A stretch of DNA of 64,000 nucleotides from Veleropilina oligotropha. Its lineage: Eukaryota. The first letter of the stretch is position 1; every line of letters starts with the position of its first letter. A program made the translations under genes and the position numbers. Positions 44,901 through 52,852 of this stretch are shown here, in pieces. The notes beneath the pieces are model-generated. The model was not told the DNA's origin. It did not search any database and saw only the letters and a program-made list of their open reading frames with translations. The stretch covers positions 372,001-436,000 of the forward strand of contig JBEUKZ010000047.1 of the NCBI GenBank assembly GCA_048128005.1. The letters run 5' to 3'.

Positions 44901-45610
44901 TCCCAATCTGCTTTGCGAAGTTTCCACCTTTCTGTATGTTCTTGCGCTTGATTGATTGTGCTTTCAAGGAAAATTGGAAAGTGGTCGCTTCCGTGGAGGT
45001 CCTCACCAACTTTCCAAGTAAAGTCCAGGAAAGCAGATGGGTCGCACATGGTAAGGTCAATGGTGGTAAGTGAGCCTGTAGGTGGATGCATGTATGTTGG
45101 CGATTTGGTGGTGTTAAATAGACACAAATTGTGTCTCCCAATAAAGTCCTCTATTTGATGTCCCCGTTTATCTGTATAAGTACCGCCCCAATCCGTACTG
45201 TGGGCGTTAAAATCGCCACACAATATAAATGGAGCCGGTAGCTGATTAATGAGATCGTCAAGGTCAGTAGGATGTATGTTTATGCTAGGTGGTAAGTATA
45301 CAGAGCAAATAGTTATTACTCGGTGAGTCGATATTTTCACCGCTACTGCCTGTAGGTTGGTGTTTAAGTTGACCTGGCTGTGTGGTGTTTTGTTGTTGAT
45401 GATGATTGAAACCCCCCCTGTAGCCTTGTCACCTGTGGTGACAATGTGATTATAAAGCGAGTGATCTTTAATGCGTATGTTGTCTGTGGGTTTCATGTAA
45501 GTTTCATTGAGACAAACTGCTATTGGTTTGTGGTCTTGTATTAGTAAATTGATCTCATCGATATTCGGTTTAATGCCTCTACAATTCCATTGTATTAGTG
45601 AACCTGTCAT
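41927..45610 (-). CDS. C ORF2, intact APE-RT-RNaseH-CCHC
   Basis: 1227 aa, colinear with and highly similar to A/B ORF2. Confidence 0.95.
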   Translation of the reverse strand: MTGSLIQWNCRGIKPNIDEINLLIQDHKPIAVCLNETYMKPTDNIRIKDHSLYNHIVTTGDKATGGVSIIINNKTPHSQVNLNTNLQAVAVKISTHRVITICSVYLPPSINIHPTDLDDLINQLPAPFILCGDFNAHSTDWGGTYTDKRGHQIEDFIGRHNLCLFNTTKSPTYMHPPTGSLTTIDLTMCDPSAFLDFTWKVGEDLHGSDHFPIFLESTINQAQEHTERWKLRKADWEKFQSLCEEQLHSHQLTHGEDPISSFSTTLHDIATLSIPKTCPNAKHKNKPWFNEDCRQAIKARIHAISTFKQHPTLHNLNSFRLLRAKARRTIKQSKRESWHSYVTKLNSRSTIKQTWDMIRKITGNHTPNRIKHLKTNNLEANTAQDIANTLADTFSANSSSDNCTPKFSRFKHQKEKTRLNFRSNNTESYNQPFSQKELADSLNKAHDTSVGPDDIHYQLLKHLPATSLTTLLAIFNTIWETGTFPPSWREATIIPIAKAGKDTSNPNSYRPIALTSCICKTMERMINERLVWYLESNNLLTEYQSGFRRNRSTTDHLVRLETFVCEAFLNRQHLVAVFFDLEKAYDTTWKYGIMKDLFDFGLKGHLPNFISKFLEDRNFQVKVGDTLSDIHDQEMGVPQGSILSVTLFSIKINSIVKCISAGTDCSLFVDDFGICYRSTNMNSIERQLQHGLNKLQTWSDENGFKFSKDKTKCMHFCQRREIHDDPVLKLDDFEIPVVDQFKFLGLIFDRKLTFIPHIKYIKAKCKKALNIMKVISNTEWGADKTVLLRLYRSLIRSKLDYGSIVYGSARHSYLKMLDPIHNQGLRLALGAFRTSPMDSLYVEANEPSLTLRREKLSLQYAIKLKSNPSNPAFENVYTPNYENLFQAKPNKIAPFGIRIKPALENAGIHVGQIKTNHIPDTPPWTLKVPVIDLQLTSLKKSNTDTSDYLTKVHDLKLKYSDRASIYTDGSKDAELVVAAAVTGRQCFQNRLPGSATIYTAELKAIDLALNFISTSTKRRFIIYSDSLSSLQALREMNRNVIVQEILLNYNNLLPDNDIVLCWIPSHIGIQGNEKADQAAKAASHFNNILNCKLPHSDFKQSINKYINSTWQHSWSECTRNKLQNVQPLLGDWGPSCRPSRREEVVLARLRIGHSHYTLSYLLKGEPPPECIPCATALTIKHILLDCVDLDLACQRYFRANSLQELFNLNKLEAVFEFLKQVNIFHKL

Positions 45611-45657
45611 GTTGTGTTTATGTAAATAAGTCGTGTATAGTGCTTTGCTTTTATTTA

Positions 45658-47124
45658 CTACTTGTTTGGTGGAAGTACGGGCTTTTTTGGAGTTTTTGGC
45701 TTTGCCGATGACTGATCCAATGATTTATCGTCATCCATTGGATCGTCGACAGTTGGTGGTGGTAATGGTGGATCATCCACCACCTTAGTCTGTCGGTTTA
45801 ACTTTGCTTTAGCTGCTGCCTTCCTACCCTTCTCGGTAGCGGCAGCAACTATGTCAGCGGCAAACTCCATTAACTCTGGCTCTAATTCTTCAAATCTATT
45901 ATGTAATTTAATTGGGTCGTCCTGACCCTTTTTAGGACGCCCCGACTGGGGCTTACTCCCTAAATTGGGAGACTTTTTCCTTGATCGAGATTGGTTTGAT
46001 GATCGCGACGGGGTAGTAGATCGAGATCTAGTATAAGATTGAGAAGGCTTAGTAGATGATTTAGAATTTGAAGTGCTTTGAGTTGGAACATCAGGGTGGG
46101 TGCTGTTAGTTTGTGATGATGCTGGAGATGTTTTCGCTGTGGAGGGTGGATTTGGATTATTTAATCTTGTTGGTCGTTCATTGGAGATCCATGTCAGATC
46201 CGTCTGACAAGCAGCAGAAGCGGTGGTAATCGACTGCTTTTGGACCAATGAGCGAACAACAGATGAAAACGACTGGGCTGACTCAGATGATACAAGTTTT
46301 TTAGCCTCAGGATATGAAATATTTTTATCTGTTTTCAGGCGTGTGATTTTGGACTCCCAAATCCACTTTGGGCACTGTTTGGATGATGCAGGGTGTTCCC
46401 CATTACAGTTGACACATTTTGGTTGGGCCTCGCATTTGTAAATACTGCCACTCGTGTGTTCATCACTTCCACAGCGGAAACACCTCTCCATATTTGTGCA
46501 GTTATTTGCACCATGACCATACTTTTGGCATCGAAAGCACCGAAGTGGATTGGGATAGTACACATCCACTTCGATGCGATTGTAGCCAGCAGTGATATGG
46601 GTAGGTCGAATAGCGGTTTCAAAGGTCATGAGATAAGTGTTAGTAGGAATTTTGGAGCCATCTTTTGTAATGGAAAAGCGTCTGACATTAATAACACCCT
46701 GTTGTTGCAACTCATATTCGATCTCGCGTTCTGTCAGGTATTGAAGGCATCGGTCACGATCCCTAACGATACCTTTTGAAGTATTCAGGTAAGTATGAGG
46801 TTTTACGCATACAGCTGCATTAGCAAAGGTCTCGATCTTTAAAAGATTGAGAGACTGTTGCCTTCTATTACATTCAATAAGAAGGTTTCCGTCTCTCAAT
46901 CTTTTCACACTTTTGACAGTTCCTGCAATACTTTCAATAGTCTTAGCTATGACAAAAGGATTTTTCGTTAGGGGATGTTTCGTGGCGTTTCCTTCAATTC
47001 CTGACAGAAGCAAAAAGCGTGGCCAGTTAGTCGAATTATATGAATTTTGAATGCCATCCTCGTCGGACGAGGGTGGCGAATCTTCTCTCAGTCTTTTAGT
47101 GGTGGTGGGTTTGTTTTTAGCCAT
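45658..47124 (-). CDS. C ORF1 (likely start MAKNKP, 488 aa)
   Basis: WPRFL, SVKRLRDG, YYPNPLRCFRCQKYGH and 3 CCHC knuckles. Start chosen by position relative to the conserved 5'UTR block shared with A/B. Confidence 0.9.
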   Translation of the reverse strand: MAKNKPTTTKRLREDSPPSSDEDGIQNSYNSTNWPRFLLLSGIEGNATKHPLTKNPFVIAKTIESIAGTVKSVKRLRDGNLLIECNRRQQSLNLLKIETFANAAVCVKPHTYLNTSKGIVRDRDRCLQYLTEREIEYELQQQGVINVRRFSITKDGSKIPTNTYLMTFETAIRPTHITAGYNRIEVDVYYPNPLRCFRCQKYGHGANNCTNMERCFRCGSDEHTSGSIYKCEAQPKCVNCNGEHPASSKQCPKWIWESKITRLKTDKNISYPEAKKLVSSESAQSFSSVVRSLVQKQSITTASAACQTDLTWISNERPTRLNNPNPPSTAKTSPASSQTNSTHPDVPTQSTSNSKSSTKPSQSYTRSRSTTPSRSSNQSRSRKKSPNLGSKPQSGRPKKGQDDPIKLHNRFEELEPELMEFAADIVAAATEKGRKAAAKAKLNRQTKVVDDPPLPPPTVDDPMDDDKSLDQSSAKPKTPKKPVLPPNK

Positions 47125-47642
47125 GTTATTTGATATAATTCGATGCATCTGGTCCCCACCCACCATGGAGTGCCAACAAGGGCTATGTCCGTAAGCCTGC
47201 TGGTAACCGGCAGGCAGACACCGGGGATACAGATGCATTATACTCCATTATTAATTACATTAGAAGCTTTAGATATATCCAAAGAACTAAGCGGTCAATA
47301 ATACCAGATTGACCCATGAGCAACCGCCTTCTATACTACAGGCCAAACTATTTACAGTATATATATACAATTATGAATGATAGTTTATGATGATAATAAA
47401 ATTGAGTTACTTGCCAAAATGAAAGATGTTAAAACTGGCATATAACTATGTCGCCTGCAATCTAGGGCATGGCGTTACCAGCCGATTGAATGGACCGGGC
47501 CCATCCATTTACCACTCTAGAGGAATCATGGGCCAAAGTGGTGTGTTGGGTCAAAGACGGGTGATACCAGCATCTTTGCCCCTCAACCACCAGGATCCCA
47601 CTCTCCCTCGACAGTAGGTCGCAGGTCACGGCAAACGACCTG

Positions 47643-47718
47643 GTTGTGCGTTTCGTTCAGGGAACTTTCGTTCCCCTATCCAGGGCCCACCACGAGGAGG
47701 CGCACAACATCGAGCCCC
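47643..47718 (-). ncRNA. HDV-like self-cleaving ribozyme at the 5' end of element C
   Basis: Manual fold: P1 GGGGCUC/GGGCCCU (G1-U wobble), J1/2 GAU, P2 GUUGUGC/GCACAAC, P3 GCC/GGU, L3 UCCUCGU, P1.1 CC/GG, P4 GGGAAC-GAAA-GUUCCC, J4/2 AACGAAAC containing the catalytic C. Confidence 0.92.
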
Positions 47719-47721
47719 AAA

Positions 47722-49122
47722 TGATGTTCCGGGTAAGTGCTTAAGTAATTGATAGTGAATGTCATCAGGGCCAACTGATGTGTCATTTGCCTTGTTTGGT
47801 GAATCTGTGAGTTCCTTGTGTGAAAATGGCTGATTGTATGACTCTGTATTGTTGGATCTAAAATTGAGCCTTGTTTTTTCTTTTTGATGCTTAAAACGGC
47901 TGAATTTTGGAGTGCAGTTGTCGGATGATGAATTGGCAGAAAATGTGTCTGCCAAGGTGTTTGCGATGTCTTTAGCCGTGTTGGCTTCTGAATTGGTTGT
48001 TTTAAGGTGCTTGATGCAGTTGGGTGTATGCTTGCCGCTGATTTTACGGATCATATCCCATGTTTTTTTAATAGTGGAACGAGAGTTTAGTTTGGTAACG
48101 TAGGAATGCCAGGATTCCCTTTTGCTGTGCTTGATGGTACGTCTGGCTTGTGCTCTTAATAGCCTAAAGCTATTAAGATTTTGTAGTGTTGGGTACTGTT
48201 TAAATGTTGAAATTGCATGTATGCGTGCTTTGATTGCTTGTCTGCAGTCTTCATTAAACCAAGGTTTACTTTTGTGTTTTGCATTTGGGCAGGTCTTTGG
48301 AATTGAGAGTGTTGCAATGTCATGTAATGTCGTAGAGAAACTTGATATTGGGTCATCGCCAGTAGCGAAGTTGTTTGAATGTAATTGGTCTTCGCAAAGG
48401 GATTGGAATCTTGGCCAATCAGCTTTGTAAAGTTTCCACCTTTCAGTGTATGTTTGTGCTTGGTTAATTGTGCTTTCCAGGAAAATTGGAAAGTGGTCGC
48501 TTCCGCGGAGGTCCTCACCAACTTTCCAAGTAAAGTCCAGGAAAGCAGATGGGTCGCACATGGTAAGGTCAATGGTGGTAAGTGAGCCTGTAGGTGGATG
48601 CATGTATGTTGGCGATTTGGTAGTATTAAATAAACACAGATTGTGTTTCCCAATAAAGTCCTCTATTTGATGTCCCCGTTTATCTGTATCAGTACCGCCC
48701 CAATCCGTACTGTGGGCGTTAAAATCGCCACACAATATAAATGGGGTCGGTAGCTGATTGATGAGATTGTCAAGGTCAGTAGGTCGTAAGTTTGTACTAG
48801 GTGGTAAGTATACCGAGCAGATAGTTATTACTCGGTGAGTCGATATTTTCACTGCTACTGCCTGTAAGTTTGTGTTTAAGTTGACCTGACTGTGTGGTGT
48901 TCTGTTGTTGACAATGATTGAAACCCCCCCTGTTGCTTTGTCACCAGTGGTGACAATGTGATTGTATAGTGAGTGGTCTTTGATATGTATGTTGTCTGTG
49001 AGTTTCATGAAGGTTTCATCAAGACATAATGCTGTTGGTTTGTGTTCTTGAATTAATAGACTGATCTCATCAATATTAGGTTTAATGCCTCTACAATTCC
49101 ATTGTATTATTGTGCCTGACAT
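47722..49122 (-). pseudogene. B2 ORF2 truncated after APE and linker
   Basis: Homology ends at ...LLKHLPGTS. The frame runs on into the C 5' end to a stop at 47626. Confidence 0.9.
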
Positions 49123-49180
49123 GTTGGTTTAATGGTGTGTGTATTAAGTTATTTGTTTGTAGTGTTATGTTAAAATTTGC

Positions 49181-50662
49181 CTATTTATTCGGTGGAAGTA
49201 CGGGCTTGATGGGAGGTTTTGGCTTGTGCGGGCGATCCAATGGCTGATCGCTTTCCATTGGATCGTTGGCTGGAGGAAGCGGCCCAGGTGTTTCGGGGCT
49301 CTCCTCAGTCTGCCGGTGTAATTTGTCTGCTGCCGCCTTCCCACCCTTCATGGCAGCAGCAACAATTTCGGACGCGAGGTCCTCGATAATCGTGTCGGTA
49401 TTATCAATTTGGTCATCTGATGGTTCGTTAGTATCCATCAGGTGACCAAAGCGATTATGCAGCTTAATAGGGTCCTCGGACCCTTTGGGCTGTCGGTCTG
49501 TCTTTATTGTTTGGTTTTTAATGGCTGCTGCCTTGCGAACAGCAGCAGCCTCTTTTTTAGAGTTATGAGTAGTAGGTTTGATTGATGTTTGTGTTGATTC
49601 TGATGATGATGATGCTAACTTGTTTCGAGATGGTACAGTACTGAAGAATGGTTTGCCAGATGGCCAGGTAATATCAGTTTGCGTCGAAGAGGATCGAGTG
49701 ATCGGCTTTTGCTCCGGTGCTGCAGCAATTGCAGCATAGGATCTGCCCGAAGTAGTGCGGGATTCCACCAGTTTCCTGGCATCCGGGAAAGAGATCCGGT
49801 CGATGGTCTTGACCCTCTGGATCTCTTTCTCGTGCTTCCACTTCGGACAGTCCTTAGAGTAAGCGCAGTGCTTACCCTTGCAATTGGTGCACAGAGGCTG
49901 TTGGGAGCAAGAGTCAGAGTCATGACCCTCTTCGCTACAACGAGCACATGCGGGATTTCTTCTGCATCGGTCTTTGTGATGCCCAAATGCCTGGCATTTG
50001 AAGCATCTCAAGGGATTTGGAATGTATGGTTCTACAGGGATGTTGATGTAACCAGCTTTAACATATTTCGGAAGCACTGGAAGGCGGAAGTCCAAGATGA
50101 TGGTGTTGATGGGGACTTTCTTCCCATCCTTGAACATTGTCAGGCGTGTAACCTTGATTACACCCTGACTAGCCATGCCTTCCAGCAGTTCAGGTTCACT
50201 GCATCCCTGCAGGTCCCTGGATCTAATAACTCCCTTGGAGCTGTTCAAAGACCGATGCGGTCTGATTATTACAGGAATATTAACAAATGTATCTGTTCTA
50301 AGAAGGTTTTCCGCATGGCTCTTTCTGGCGCATTCAACCAGTAGTGTGCCATCTCGTAGTTTTTTAACGGATCGTGGTTCGCCAGCCAGGCCGAGAATGG
50401 CCTTGGATATGGCGAACGGACTCAGAGAAGTGATAGGAGTGTTGGAGTTGCACGATTCCACCGTTAAAAAACGGGGCCAGCTTTCCGGTACGACTGGTGG
50501 AGGGTCAGGTCTATAAGGAGCATCTAGCTCTGGATGATAAGGTGTAGACCGGAAAGCGGCCAAAAATTTAGCGTCATCATCATCAGAAACAGAGTCGACG
50601 GATATATTCTGTCGCTTTGCTGCTGTGTGGTTTCGGCGTTTAGGAGGGTGTGGAGTTGCCAT
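49181..50662 (-). CDS. B2 ORF1, intact (likely start MATPHP, 493 aa)
   Basis: 3 CCHC knuckles. Start aligns with the A ORF1 start; an upstream in-frame ATG exists at 50827. Confidence 0.9.
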   Translation of the reverse strand: MATPHPPKRRNHTAAKRQNISVDSVSDDDDAKFLAAFRSTPYHPELDAPYRPDPPPVVPESWPRFLTVESCNSNTPITSLSPFAISKAILGLAGEPRSVKKLRDGTLLVECARKSHAENLLRTDTFVNIPVIIRPHRSLNSSKGVIRSRDLQGCSEPELLEGMASQGVIKVTRLTMFKDGKKVPINTIILDFRLPVLPKYVKAGYINIPVEPYIPNPLRCFKCQAFGHHKDRCRRNPACARCSEEGHDSDSCSQQPLCTNCKGKHCAYSKDCPKWKHEKEIQRVKTIDRISFPDARKLVESRTTSGRSYAAIAAAPEQKPITRSSSTQTDITWPSGKPFFSTVPSRNKLASSSSESTQTSIKPTTHNSKKEAAAVRKAAAIKNQTIKTDRQPKGSEDPIKLHNRFGHLMDTNEPSDDQIDNTDTIIEDLASEIVAAAMKGGKAAADKLHRQTEESPETPGPLPPANDPMESDQPLDRPHKPKPPIKPVLPPNK

Positions 50663-51358
50663 ATTTTGTGTATTAAGTTTCATCACCCGAGGTCCCCGCC
50701 CACCCCGGAGCCCAACAAGGGGGCATTTTAATGGGTGCGGAGTTCCAGCACCCAATGCCAGGGATACCCGGGTGATATACTCAAATAAGATAATGAATGT
50801 AGTGGTGGGAAATGTGTATCCCACCATCCATTACTCACTTGATTGACCCTTCAGCCACCGCCTTCTGGGATATAGATCGATTGATGGTATATGATCTGTT
50901 ACATAAAGTGTTTTGATTGAAATGTATAAATGTAATATTATTAAAATATATTATCCCAGGGCTTGACGTGACAAGCCGATTGATCAGATAGGGCCTATCT
51001 GACCTCCCGTCTAGCTGAATCCGAGGCCAAAGTAGTGTGTTGCTTCAGCCTAAGCTGAAGCTCAACTACCAGGATCCTCTTCTCCAACATCACGGGTCGC
51101 CACCCACGGCAAACAGGTGGCTCCCATTTGGGGGGATCTTACCCCTCTGCAGGGAGAGCAGTCGGCATATTCTAACCCCTAACCGACTGGGGGTTTGTTT
51201 GAAGAGGTAAAAGTTATTTATATCAACAAAAGTATAAACATGATAGTCTTTTCACCTGATATTGTACTTCCCCTTTGTATATTCGTGCAGCCACTTATAA
51301 GTCCATCACGACTGTTTTCTTATCTTCAGTTAGGTATAAAAATGATGTTTCAATACCG

Positions 51359-51396
<38 letters not shown>

Positions 51397-51573
51397 GAAA
51401 AGACAAACGGAACAGGCCCAATGCCAAATTTTATTTTGTTGAGAATTCCAAGTATTGCACCGTAGTATTAATAAACTCAGTGTCACTCTTAACCTGTCCA
51501 TTGCAGAGTAGGCATCATGTTCAGTCTTACATCAAACGACATATACGGCCTCCCACCGAACCTGGCGTTCCTG

Positions 51574-51882
51574 GAGTGAGTGAGTGAGTTAATTTATCGT
51601 CGCTGTCGGCACTATTATGCCATAGTGCGACGGTAATATTTATTTTAAATAATGAAGATATTAAAAACGATGTTAAATAATATAAAATCAATGTCAAATA
51701 ATAAAAAACAATAAAAGATGTAAAGCAAAATAATAACAACAACAGTAGCAATAAAATGAAGTCAAGCCATAATAAAAACAATATAAATGTCAAATAATGA
51801 AATATAATAAAACAATATCATAGAGCAAAATATGTAGTTATGGATAAAATTAGAAATGGTAAAAATAATAAAAGCACAATGG
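51574..51882 (-). mobile_element. Family D LINE 3' remnant (third copy)
   Basis: Copy of 5128-5436. Confidence 0.7.
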
Positions 51883-52535
51883 CCCGTAGGATCATGGTTG
51901 CCATTAAGTCTCCTGTAGGATCATGGTTGACGTTAAGTCTCCTGTAGGATCATGGTTGCCGTTAAGTCTCCCGTAGGATCATGGTTGCCGTTAAGTCTCC
52001 TGTAGGATCATGGTTGCCGTTAAGTCTCCTGTAGGATCATGGTTGCCGTTAAGTCTCCAGTAGGATCATGGTTGCCGTTAAGTCTCCCGTAGGATCATGG
52101 CTGCCGTTAAGTCTCCCGTAGGATCATGGTTGCCGTTAAGTCTCCCGTAGGATCATGGTTGACGTTAAGTCTCCCGTAGGATCATGGTTGACGTTAAGTC
52201 TCCTGTAGGATCATGGTTGCCGTTAAGTCTCCTGTAGGATCATGGTTGCCGTTAAGTCTCCCGTAGGATCATGGCTGCCGTTAAGTCTCCCGTAGGATCA
52301 TGGTTGCCGTTAAGTCTCCCGTAGGATCATGGTTGCCGTTAAGTCTCCCGTAGGATCATGGTTGCCGTTAAGTCTCCCGTAGGAACATGGTTGCCATTAA
52401 GTCTCCCGTAGGATCATGGTTGCCGTTAAGTCTCCCGTAGGATCATGGTTGCCGTTAAGTCTCCTGTAGGATCATGGTTGCCGTCTGTCTCCTGTAGGAT
52501 CATGGTTGCCGTTAAGTCTCCTGTAGGATCATGGT
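51883..52535. repeat. 29-bp satellite, one unit longer (~22.5 units)
   Basis: Offset to the first copy changes from 46,446 to 46,475 across the array, i.e. +29. Confidence 0.97.
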
Positions 52536-52852
52536 TTGATTTGATTTGATGTTTAACGACCACGCCGACACTATAATGGTCATAATCGGGTCGGTCAAGT
52601 TAATTATACAATAGTTTAATATAAAATGTTAAAAGTTGAGATATATATTTACTTATAAAATATCAATGCAATAAAACATATGTGATAAATAATAAAAACA
52701 AATCAATATATTTACAAGTAAAATAAACTATGCAAATTTAGATAAAAATAAGATCAAATGTTTGCTAAAAACGAGTATAATAAAAAGTATAATAATAAAA
52801 TAAAATAAATATATATAGAATTTAGTCAAAGGAAATAAAAGTATAAATAAAA

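Larger units (their letters stand above)
41603..47718 (-). mobile_element. Full-length family C LINE with divergent ORF1/5'UTR and 5' HDV-like ribozyme
   Basis: (AAATC)n tail at 41603. Both ORFs open. The 5' end is at ribozyme G1. No TSD. Confidence 0.93.
47722..51193 (-). mobile_element. Family B LINE (B2), 5' half with uninterrupted ORF1, 3'-truncated at element C
   Basis: Matches B1 at offset 26,109. Carries the empty A3 site (single aataactcccttgg at ~50226-50239). 5' flank tttgtttgaaga. Confidence 0.93.
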
